The notes: generated by a model from the sequence alone, not told the origin. A stretch of DNA of 16,072 bases from Candidatus Thorarchaeota archaeon (GCA_048884785.1 JBHLQM010000070.1:1-16072); one strand, 5' to 3'. Shown: positions 1 to 8,171, counted from the first letter of the stretch. Numbers and translations are program-made.

Positions 1-1
1 C

Positions 2-1138
2 TTGATATCCATGATGCAGCTTCCAGGACAAGAAGCCGGCGAATTCAGCTGGCTAATCAACATAGCATTCTTCGTCTTCATCGTAGTCTTTAGTCTCTAC
101 GGTGCGAAGATTCAGATGTGGCAATGGCTAAAACAGATAGAAACAGGACTAATAGAACTCAAGCGGATGGCCATAGAATCGCGACAGGTTGCCATCGAGA
201 CCTTCAAGAGATACGGGAGGACAGAGGAGGAAGTTGCAGAAGGGCTAGACAGATGGCTTGACTACTTCACGATTATGCCTGTCGATCTGGACCCGGCGGG
301 AGTTCTCAAACGCCTAGACCATCTGCTTGATGAGAGGCGTGATAGATTCCAAGAGTTTGTTACAGAACTCGCTCCAGAAGGAACTGTTTCAGAGCACCAG
401 TCCCTTGAGAACACCCTAGAAGTATCTCAAGTTCTCAGTCTTATCTTTAGAATAGTACGCCATTTCTATATCCTTGGCAAGAAGACTGGCAGTCAGATTA
501 TGATAATGCAGATTCAGATGCAGCTCCCCGATATTATGCGCCTTGCAAAGGCCTACTATGAGGCTCTTGATGCGTTCTCAGAGGGAAAACCCATTGGAGA
601 TGGAATTGGACCACTGATAGTAACCAAGTTTGCACGTGAGTATGGTGCAAGTCCTCAGAGCTATGTTCATGAGGTGTCTCGTGAGGTTGGCTATTATCCT
701 GTAGATGTTGAGGGTCGTACCGTGTATGCACTGCGGGCAACAGGTCCGGGAGGAACAGTCGGAAAGCCCGGATTTGCTGTAAAGAAGATCGTCGATGAAC
801 ACAAAGGAGCGATTGCAAGAATCATCACAATTGATGCGGCTCTAAAGCTTGAGGGAGAGGATATGGGTCGCGTGTCTGAGGGAACAGGTGCTGCCATTGG
901 AGACCCCGGTCCCGAAAAGCACGCAATTGAGGAAGCCGCAACTCAGAACAGCATTGCAATTGAAGCTATCGTTGTTAAACAAGATGAAGCCGCAGCAGTT
1001 GGTGTCATGAACAAGCGGATACTCGATTCCACACCCGAGGTCATCGAGAGGATCAAAGTAGCAATACGCAAACGCACCAAACCAGGTGACAAGATCATTC
1101 TGGCTGGAATTGGAAATACAATTGGAATCGGCCTGTGA
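2..1138 (+). CDS. DUF1512 family protein with N-terminal TM helix
   Basis: Motifs recalled for archaeal DUF1512: PVDLDPAG, PIGDGIGP, GPGGTVGKPG, IDAALKLEGE, C-terminal GIGNTIGI. Start uncertain at the window edge (TTG at 2, ATG at 11 or 14). Confidence 0.85.
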   Translation: MISMMQLPGQEAGEFSWLINIAFFVFIVVFSLYGAKIQMWQWLKQIETGLIELKRMAIESRQVAIETFKRYGRTEEEVAEGLDRWLDYFTIMPVDLDPAGVLKRLDHLLDERRDRFQEFVTELAPEGTVSEHQSLENTLEVSQVLSLIFRIVRHFYILGKKTGSQIMIMQIQMQLPDIMRLAKAYYEALDAFSEGKPIGDGIGPLIVTKFAREYGASPQSYVHEVSREVGYYPVDVEGRTVYALRATGPGGTVGKPGFAVKKIVDEHKGAIARIITIDAALKLEGEDMGRVSEGTGAAIGDPGPEKHAIEEAATQNSIAIEAIVVKQDEAAAVGVMNKRILDSTPEVIERIKVAIRKRTKPGDKIILAGIGNTIGIGL

Positions 1139-1149
1139 GGTGAATGTAA

Positions 1150-1515
1150 ATGGGAATTATATCTAAAATGATTGGAGCTACTCTGGCTGGAATTGGCGCC
1201 ATAATTGTATTCCTTGGCATGAATGACCCCCTATCCTATCTCTGGTTCTTCTTAGGACTAATAGTCATGTCTGTTGGTTTCAGTCTAATCACTGGCGGGA
1301 AGAAACGGGTTGAACATGAACCACCGCCTCCTACAGTCACCGAGATTCATTGTGATAATTTGGAGTGCGACTTTAAGGAGATCAGGCAGTTTGAGAAGGG
1401 TGACTACATTCTCAAACCAGTCAATGCAAAATGCCCCAAATGCTCTGGTCCCATGACAGTTGAAGGCGTCTACGTGGTAAAAGAAGAGAAAGAAGAAGAC
1501 AAGGTGAAGATCTAA
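1150..1515 (+). CDS. Small membrane protein, two N-terminal TM helices plus a C-terminal Zn ribbon
   Basis: Two hydrophobic segments, a PPPP linker, CDNLEC...CPKC. GAGGTTGA SD-like motif upstream; 11 bp after DUF1512. Confidence 0.8.
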   Translation: MGIISKMIGATLAGIGAIIVFLGMNDPLSYLWFFLGLIVMSVGFSLITGGKKRVEHEPPPPTVTEIHCDNLECDFKEIRQFEKGDYILKPVNAKCPKCSGPMTVEGVYVVKEEKEEDKVKI

Positions 1516-2411
1516 TCCGGTCTTGTCAGAACCACTGGGCCACTCTCTGACACATAGACAGTGTGTTCAGATTGGCTCACCAGACGCCCCTTCTTTGATA
1601 TCTGAACTGGATACCCTCGTATAAACTTGTACTTCAGAAGCTCTTTCAGTTCTCCAAAGAGATTTATCTCCTTGGAAGTTGTTCCGATCCACCGGGATGC
1701 AAAGGGCAGCGGTCCATATTTTTTGCGCAAATGCACTCTGAGTTTTTCTCGTTCTCCTTGAAGCTGTTCATCCTTCCCCGTATTTGCAAAGATATACACC
1801 AAGTCAGAGTCAACGACCTGCCCAGTCCCATTAGTCGCAAATGGCTCTATTGCATATACTTCTCCAACCTCAACTACTTCAGAGCTCCTTGTTGCGACAT
1901 TAGGCACATTCTTGCCCCCATGAAGCATCCATTTTCTCATATTGTGGCCCATGAGGTTGCTGACAGGTTTAATCCCATATGCCTTAATCACTTTCTCAAT
2001 AGACTTTCCTACTTCACCCAGTTTTGTCCCTGGGCGCATCATGGAAATTGCCTCTTCCAAGGCATCATCTGTCGCTGATACAAACCCTTCGAGTGAGCCA
2101 TCCATGTCAAAAGTTCTTGCAACATCGGATAGATAACCATCAATCTGTGCTCCTATATCCACTTTCACCAATCCGGAGTGAGGAAGTACGGAACTATCCC
2201 CCACTGGAGAAGTGTAGTGTGCTGCAATATTATCAATAGAAACATTGCACGGAAAGGCTGGTCTTGCTCCATACTCGATGATTTTCTTTTCAGCAAGAGT
2301 ACATATTCTGAACACTTTTGTTCCAGGAGTCACCTCTTGGGCAATTTCTGCAAGTACTCTTGCAGCAATCTTGCCTGCATTCACTTGAAATGGATGTGGA
2401 GCTGATGACAT
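1512..2411 (-). CDS. map: Type II methionine aminopeptidase, copy 1
   Basis: AFPCNVS, AAHYT, KVDIG, GYLSD, GHN, LHGG, AIEPF, QSEHT: full D-D-H-E-E metal ligand set and the type II insertion. Confidence 0.95.
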   Translation of the reverse strand: MSSAPHPFQVNAGKIAARVLAEIAQEVTPGTKVFRICTLAEKKIIEYGARPAFPCNVSIDNIAAHYTSPVGDSSVLPHSGLVKVDIGAQIDGYLSDVARTFDMDGSLEGFVSATDDALEEAISMMRPGTKLGEVGKSIEKVIKAYGIKPVSNLMGHNMRKWMLHGGKNVPNVATRSSEVVEVGEVYAIEPFATNGTGQVVDSDLVYIFANTGKDEQLQGEREKLRVHLRKKYGPLPFASRWIGTTSKEINLFGELKELLKYKFIRGYPVQISKKGRLVSQSEHTVYVSESGPVVLTRPD

Positions 2412-2464
2412 GGTGATCCAGCCTCTTCAGAAACACAGTCCTTCTTAATACGTTCCATGCGCGC

Positions 2465-3379
2465 TTACTCTTCATCTCTACGTCTAGTCGAAACTATTGC
2501 ACCTTCGGGGCCAACAAATAGGCTGTGCTCAAATTGAGATACCATGCCTCTTCTGCCCTCGATGAGTACGGGATAACCATGGATGGCACCTGCGCGTTCT
2601 AGATTTTTTATTGCAGTATCCACATCAATATCCGACTTGATGCTATGGAGCCAACGTGCTGCCCATGGGAGTGTGCCGAATCTCTGTCGTGCAATGTTCC
2701 GTATTTGCAGTGTCAGTCTATCCAGTTTTCTCTTATTTTTCATATTATTAGAAAAGATGTAGGTTTCCTTAGCTCCACGAATAGTGCCATCTCCTGATGT
2801 GGCGAATGGCTCTACTGCAAAAGTCTCGCCAATATTCATCTTTGAAGAAAGAGCAGTTGCAACATTGGGCACGTTCTTGCCTGCATGCAAATTCCATTGT
2901 TGGAGCTGATGTCCCGAGAGCTGATGAACTGGATTTAGCCCGTGCTTCTTGATTGTGCGTTCTATTGCAGCACCCAGGTCTCCTACTCTGACCCCGGGTT
3001 TCACAGTATCAATAGCTGCCTCAAGGGCTTCCTTTGCAGCTGCGATATATCTCTCATAGGACCCATCCAAGTCCACGGTAACGGCAGTATCCGAGAGGTA
3101 GCCATTAACATGTGCACCAACGTCTATTTTCACAAGCCCCTTGTCAGGAAATGTTCTCATGTCACTGTGCGGACTAGTATAATGAGCCGCTTCCTCGTTT
3201 ATCGATACATTACAGGGGAACGCCAACCCCGATGCTCCGTATTCCATGATCTTCTTCTCAGCTACTACGCATACCTTCAGTACTCTTGCTCCAGGTTTGA
3301 CCTCATTCATTGCGTCACTGATTGCACGCGCAGCAATCTCTCCTGCGTTCATGAAATCAGGGTGTGGCTGGGTAGACAT
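2465..3379 (-). CDS. map: Type II methionine aminopeptidase, copy 2
   Basis: AFPCNVS, AAHYT, KIDVGAH, GYLSDTA, GHQ, LHAG, AVEPF, QFEHS. SD GAGGTG upstream. Confidence 0.95.
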   Translation of the reverse strand: MSTQPHPDFMNAGEIAARAISDAMNEVKPGARVLKVCVVAEKKIMEYGASGLAFPCNVSINEEAAHYTSPHSDMRTFPDKGLVKIDVGAHVNGYLSDTAVTVDLDGSYERYIAAAKEALEAAIDTVKPGVRVGDLGAAIERTIKKHGLNPVHQLSGHQLQQWNLHAGKNVPNVATALSSKMNIGETFAVEPFATSGDGTIRGAKETYIFSNNMKNKRKLDRLTLQIRNIARQRFGTLPWAARWLHSIKSDIDVDTAIKNLERAGAIHGYPVLIEGRRGMVSQFEHSLFVGPEGAIVSTRRRDEE

Positions 3380-3534
3380 GCTTTGGCACCTCTTTCTCTG
3401 TGTCCACCCAATCTGGTATTAATCTTAGTCTAGTGGCGGAAATTAGTGAATTAACAAATTAGCAAAAGGAGTGGTCGATGTCTGTTTCCCAGCACACTAA
3501 CCCCCAGAATCACAGCATCGGATATCCATCCGGC

Positions 3535-3777
3535 TCAACTGAGCTGTCTCGTGTCGGGTAGTATGACACCGACCTGTCCGCCAATGTACGAAACCTGGGT
3601 GACCTGCCACTCATCTAAAGGACAGACATCCCTATCATGCAAGTCCGTTATGGCTCGTCCAGTTGGTTTTCGGCAGACTGCCATCCAACGTGTATCCCAT
3701 TCTATGCGCACCACATCATCACCAAGTGGCTCAGTGTGCCCTCGGGAATGGGCGAATATCGCTGGACACTCAAACAT
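3535..3777 (-). CDS. Hypothetical 80-aa protein
   Basis: ATG preceded by AAGGA, protein-like composition (WQVTQVSYIGGQVGVIL), co-oriented with the map genes. No family recognised. Confidence 0.45.
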   Translation of the reverse strand: MFECPAIFAHSRGHTEPLGDDVVRIEWDTRWMAVCRKPTGRAITDLHDRDVCPLDEWQVTQVSYIGGQVGVILPDTRQLS

Positions 3778-4209
3778 GGCATTTGTCCTTTATCAGGATT
3801 TGTAATTGGCGCCAACTCTCACAAATTTTGAGAATCGGTAATCCTACAAGGTTTTAGATGGTTCTAGCGACATATTCAAAAGGCTTGAAATGCCAAAGAG
3901 CCTTGAAGCAAGGCTGACTAAGGTTCAACCTGCATTCAAAATAATCATATCATTACATTACAATGCCGCGGAGTCCTCGACAAATGCCGTGTGCAAGTCG
4001 ACAAGAAACCGCCAAGCAGTATCATTGGAATATTATCACTCATCATTCACCTATCACAATTTCACTCAACTGGGAAACCCCCCTGAATCTCTTGTAGAGA
4101 GAAATGTGGAGACCGAGTAGCATTATATTATCTCGGATATGAAGGGAGAAACTGGGCTTAACGCCTCGGCAAGTGGTACGAGGGCATGCGGCAATCATAG
4201 GAGACGTGT

Positions 4210-5484
4210 ATAGACATAGGCACAGGTGAATTTGATTCAAGTACTGCAAAATACGTCATCCGCGCCAAAATCGAAATTGATGGCGTCGTGGATAAACCTG
4301 ACGTAGTAGGTGCTGTATTCGGCCAGACCGAAGGCCTGCTAGGGGAGGACTTGGATCTACGTGAACTTCAGAGAACAGGGCGAATTGGTAGGATCCAAAT
4401 AGCAATCAAATCTGAGGGCGGAAATAGCAAGGGCGAGATAGTGATTCCCGTTTCATTGAATAAGACGGCAACAGCCATTCTTGCAGCATCACTGGAAACT
4501 GTGGATCGTGTAGGGCCATGCACCGCAAAAGTTACTCTGATGAAACTTGAAGACATAAGAGGTGCTAAACGGCGAAAGGTCGTAAGTCGCGCCATTAGTA
4601 TCCTGAAAGGATGGGAAGAAGATATTTCTCCTGGAACAGATGAGCTTACAGACGCAGTATCAAAGGCCAGCAAAAAGGGTGTTGCCAAATTTGGGCCTGA
4701 CAAGCTCCCTGCTGGACCGGAACTAAATGATAGCAATGAGATAATCATCGTTGAAGGGCGCGCAGATATTATCAATCTGATGAAAAGTGGCATCACTAAC
4801 ACAGTTGCAGTTGAAGGGACACACGTTCCCAAGTCCATCTCTGACTTAACTCGGAAGAAAGACAAAACAATTGTTGCATTCCTCGATGGGGATCGAGGTG
4901 GAGACCTTATTCTCCGTGAGCTAATGCAAGTGGCAAAAATAGACTATATTGCAAGAGCTCCGGAAGGCAGAGAGGTTGAAACTCTCTCTAGGCGGGAGAT
5001 AACTCAGGCGCTTCAGACGAGAATACGCGCTGACCAAGCACTTGCGCTTGTGAGCGATAAAAAGGTCCCAGTTTCAAAGAGAAAGAAGCCTCCTACTCGC
5101 AGAGATAAGAGAGAAGCACGAGGACCGATTGAGGAGGCACCTCGACGGATGATTCCAGCAAGAGAGCGGCCCCCATCTCGAAGAATCCCTGAAGTTGACG
5201 AGGTCTTTTTGACCAAGGCAAAAGAGCTTCAAGAGTCTTTCAAGGCTACTCTATTTGATGAGAGCAAGCAAGTTCTAATTGAGTGTGGGGTTGCAGAACT
5301 CGCAAAGACGCTCGAATCCCAGTCGACTGTTCCAGTTGTGGTCTTCGATGGGGTTGTGACACAGCGGCTCGTTGATATAGCGGCTACAAAGAAGACAACG
5401 CTTCTCATAGGCGCCGCTGTTGCAGACATTGAAACTAAGCCGCGAGAGATGCAAATAATCACGTTTGATGACATAATCAAGTAG
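4210..5484 (+). CDS. dnaG: Archaeal DnaG-type TOPRIM protein (exosome-associated); start extended to a probable ATA at 4210
   Basis: KPDVVGAVFGQTEGLLG, LRELQRTGRIGRI, TOPRIM VEGRAD and DGDRGG. The conserved N-terminal TAKYVIRAKIE lies in frame upstream of the called GTG at 4288. Confidence 0.93.
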   Translation: MDIGTGEFDSSTAKYVIRAKIEIDGVVDKPDVVGAVFGQTEGLLGEDLDLRELQRTGRIGRIQIAIKSEGGNSKGEIVIPVSLNKTATAILAASLETVDRVGPCTAKVTLMKLEDIRGAKRRKVVSRAISILKGWEEDISPGTDELTDAVSKASKKGVAKFGPDKLPAGPELNDSNEIIIVEGRADIINLMKSGITNTVAVEGTHVPKSISDLTRKKDKTIVAFLDGDRGGDLILRELMQVAKIDYIARAPEGREVETLSRREITQALQTRIRADQALALVSDKKVPVSKRKKPPTRRDKREARGPIEEAPRRMIPARERPPSRRIPEVDEVFLTKAKELQESFKATLFDESKQVLIECGVAELAKTLESQSTVPVVVFDGVVTQRLVDIAATKKTTLLIGAAVADIETKPREMQIITFDDIIK

Positions 5485-5490
5485 AGAATC

Positions 5491-5553
5491 AGGAGATATG
5501 CAACAGAGAAGGATGTATGCCCTCTGTTGCAGACTCCTTTTCCTGCGTTTTTT
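5491..5553 (+). terminator. Stem-loop followed by a T-rich tract after dnaG (terminator or processing site)
   Basis: TGCAACAGAG (5499-5508) pairs perfectly with CTCTGTTGCA (5522-5531), flanked by AGGAG/CTCCT, then TTTT...TTTTTT. Confidence 0.5.
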
Positions 5554-5624
5554 CAGGTATTACTCACATTCAATTCACACTTGTTTCTTACCTTCCAACT
5601 GCAGATAGTGTGAGGCCGCTCGAA

Positions 5625-7058
5625 TTGAAATCGTTCCTAGATGGAATTAGCTCGACAGCAGATATACCAATTAACAGAGATCCCCTACAAAGGATAATTG
5701 GTCAAGAGCAAGCAGTAGACTTGGTTAGGTCAGCTGTCATTCAACGGCGTCATATGCTCCTTTGTGGTGTCCCAGGCGTAGGCAAATCAATGATAGCCCG
5801 AGCAGCTTATACGCTTCTGCCACCTCCAAAGGAGGAAATATGTCTTCAAAGAAACCCTCTTTCTAATGATCGGCCCAAAGTTGTTATTATTCCAATAGTA
5901 AATGCTTTCCCGGAAAGAGAAATTCCTCGGAAGCCCCCTGATGTCAGATATGTGCGGCCGGAGATGCTTCCTTTTGATGTAGGAGTAAAGATGGGATTTC
6001 GATGTCCAAAATGTGGAACCACTTCCTTGCCGAGTCAGAATACATGTATAGATTGCTCGGCTCCCAAGAGGTCTGATTGGGGAGAAACAGGAGCTTTCCA
6101 TGGACTGCTTCATGAATTGGATGTAATAACTGAACCTGCCCTGACTTCTGTTTCTGCCACGGAAGTCATTGAAGGAGAAGAAATGACAATCACCTACAGA
6201 AGAGCATTTGGCGATACCGTGATGATGGTATATGAGGAGAATGATGAACCAGAGAAGAATGCCGCTTCTGGCGAAGAAGAAGGCCTACGAGTACTTGTTT
6301 CACGTGAATCGTCTAGGTTCATACATGTGAGCGGAGCCAGTCCAGTCGAGATTCTTGGTGATGTGAAACATGATCCCTACGGCAGTGCAGAGTCCTTGGG
6401 CATGCCATCACACCATCGAGTGGTACCTGGAGCTATTCATGAGGCACATGAGGGTATTCTCTACATAGACGAGATTGCATCTCTTGGGGATTATCAGAAG
6501 CATCTACTGACAGCAATGCAGGAACGCAAGTTTTCAATTTCCGGACATAATCCAAACAGCTCAGGAGCTGCTGTGCGAGTTGATGATGTTCCATGTGATT
6601 TTCTTCTTTTTGCAGCCTGCAACATAGAAGATTTGCAGAGAATAATTTCTCCTCTTCGATCAAGGATTCGAGGATATGGGTACGAAGTCATGCTGAATTC
6701 ATACATGCCAAAGAAAGATGAGAATATTGAAGGGATTCTAAGATTCATCGCACAGACTGTTGAGGAGGATGGCAGAATTCCTCATTTTTCCCTTGAGGCT
6801 GCAGATGCGATTGTAAAAGTTGCTGAGGAGCTTGCATTTCGCTTCGACGGCGCACGCAATTCCTTGACCCTTCGTCTGAGAGAGCTAGGCGGAATCATCA
6901 GAATTGCAGGTGATATTGCAGCTCAGGACGCAGAAACCCTTGTTCTACAGAAGCATGTCGTTGATGCAGAAGTCTTGAGTAGAGGTATCGAGATAGGTGA
7001 CAATATGATACTGAGGGCAAGAGAACTATCGAATTCCTACGGAGACTATTTCTTCTAA
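5625..7058 (+). CDS. LonB-type AAA+ ATPase lacking the protease domain and TM segments, with a Zn-ribbon insert
   Basis: IIGQEQA, Walker A GVPGVGKS, GDVKHDPYG, VVPGAIHEAHEG, Walker B ILYIDE, LRSRIRGYG, LRLRELGG. Start placed at TTG 5625 (GTGAGG at 5610-5615) rather than ATG 5517, which lies inside the hairpin. Confidence 0.88.
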   Translation: MKSFLDGISSTADIPINRDPLQRIIGQEQAVDLVRSAVIQRRHMLLCGVPGVGKSMIARAAYTLLPPPKEEICLQRNPLSNDRPKVVIIPIVNAFPEREIPRKPPDVRYVRPEMLPFDVGVKMGFRCPKCGTTSLPSQNTCIDCSAPKRSDWGETGAFHGLLHELDVITEPALTSVSATEVIEGEEMTITYRRAFGDTVMMVYEENDEPEKNAASGEEEGLRVLVSRESSRFIHVSGASPVEILGDVKHDPYGSAESLGMPSHHRVVPGAIHEAHEGILYIDEIASLGDYQKHLLTAMQERKFSISGHNPNSSGAAVRVDDVPCDFLLFAACNIEDLQRIISPLRSRIRGYGYEVMLNSYMPKKDENIEGILRFIAQTVEEDGRIPHFSLEAADAIVKVAEELAFRFDGARNSLTLRLRELGGIIRIAGDIAAQDAETLVLQKHVVDAEVLSRGIEIGDNMILRARELSNSYGDYFF

Positions 7059-7085
7059 CCAAGGCTTTAGACATGTGATGACACT

Positions 7086-8171
7086 TTGAAAGTCCTGAAA
7101 CGCATCCTCAAAGAAGGTAAAGTGGTTCTCAAGATTGAGTATCTGGACGATCTATGGCATCTCTACAATGTTGTAGTGCCATCTGATACAGTGATATCTA
7201 GGACCACTCGGCGAGTGCGTATAGGGGACGAAGACTCTCGCAAACAAGACAGTGTACGAAAACCCATGACACTCGAGATTAAGGTTGAGGATGTCGCTTT
7301 CCATTCCTTTTCCAATCGGGTTAGGATAAAAGGAACCATCTTGGAGGGGCCCTCTGACTTGGTAAGTATAGGTTCACACCATACAATAAACATCGAAACT
7401 GGTGATACCCTTACTATCATCAAGGATGTCTGGCCAAAGTACCTGCTCGATAGACTGCAGAAAGCCGAAGAGTCCCAGCAGAGTGCAGTAGCCCTGATAG
7501 TGACAATCGAAGATGGTGATGCTGAAATCTTTATGGCTGCTGACTTTGGAATAAAGGAGGCTGTTCGTGTTCGAATGGACATCTCCCGCAAGCGCGGCGA
7601 TCAAAAGACATACGATGCAACCATGAGGGACTTTTTTACGAATGTTACAATTGCTATAAAGGCACAATTGGAGCAAAACAGCATCGGACTAATCATCATT
7701 GCTGGACCTGGTTTTGTAAAAGATCACTACAAAGAACATCTTCTGGGTGCTGGTATAAAGAATCTGCCTTCAGTAGTAGCAGAAAGCACAAACTCAATCG
7801 GTATCCCGGGAGCGAAAGAGCTCCTCTTCCGTGGTGTCATTTCCAAGGTCGTGGAAAGCATCAAGTTAGAGGAAGAAACCCAGCTAATTGAGAGCATAAT
7901 TGAACATATTGCGAAAGGCGATGGCCTTGCAGCATACGGTCCTGCTGAAGTTGGAAAAGCCGTCCAATATGGAGCGGTTGAGAATCTGCTCATAACGGAC
8001 AAACGCCTGAGAGAAGGTGATTCTGAGCAAAGACGTTGGGCTGATAAGATTATACGCGAAACCGAGAACACCAGAGGCAAATTTCACATCGTTTCTACCG
8101 AGCATCCGGCAGGCGACCAGTTACAGAATCTTGGTGGTATTGCTGCTCTCCTAAGGTTCAAGATTGATTAG
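7086..8171 (+). CDS. pelA: Pelota/Dom34 ribosome-rescue and mRNA surveillance protein
   Basis: DDLWHLYN, TTRRV, RVRIKGTI, GSHHT, IAGPGFVK, AAYG, LGGIAALLRF. TTG start. Confidence 0.96.
   Translation: MKVLKRILKEGKVVLKIEYLDDLWHLYNVVVPSDTVISRTTRRVRIGDEDSRKQDSVRKPMTLEIKVEDVAFHSFSNRVRIKGTILEGPSDLVSIGSHHTINIETGDTLTIIKDVWPKYLLDRLQKAEESQQSAVALIVTIEDGDAEIFMAADFGIKEAVRVRMDISRKRGDQKTYDATMRDFFTNVTIAIKAQLEQNSIGLIIIAGPGFVKDHYKEHLLGAGIKNLPSVVAESTNSIGIPGAKELLFRGVISKVVESIKLEEETQLIESIIEHIAKGDGLAAYGPAEVGKAVQYGAVENLLITDKRLREGDSEQRRWADKIIRETENTRGKFHIVSTEHPAGDQLQNLGGIAALLRFKID

Noticed and set aside
3451-3537. Selenocysteine readthrough of the TGA ending the 80-aa ORF (adds 27 aa)
   Set aside because: The extension is not motif-like, there is no redox context, and no SECIS was identified.
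3478-3618. AGGAG-preceded 27-aa ORF with possible TAG (pyrrolysine) readthrough
   Set aside because: Low-information peptide, stops again after 18 codons, and overlaps the better minus-strand ORF.
4068-4165. RNase P RNA-like words (GGGAAACCCCCC ... GAGAAACTGGGCTTA)
   Set aside because: The two segments cannot form the P4 helix, there is no GAGGAAAGUCC-type CR-I, and the span is too short.
4160-4225. tRNA-like AGTGGTA D-loop word
   Set aside because: No T-arm GTTC, no acceptor stem, no cloverleaf.
3890-4249. ORFs 3890..4120 (+) and 4043..4249 (-)
   Set aside because: No SD or recognisable motifs; the second overlaps the true dnaG 5' end.
5491-5538. SECIS-like look of the post-dnaG hairpin (AA bulge, 3' GA)
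   Set aside because: No AUGA/GA quartet or archaeal GAA/A motif, and dnaG has no in-frame TGA.
5517-5624. N-terminal extension of the Lon-AAA from ATG 5517, and a short ORF from ATG 5498
   Set aside because: Both begin within the hairpin/U-tract. Lon-like sequence starts at about 5625, which has its own SD.
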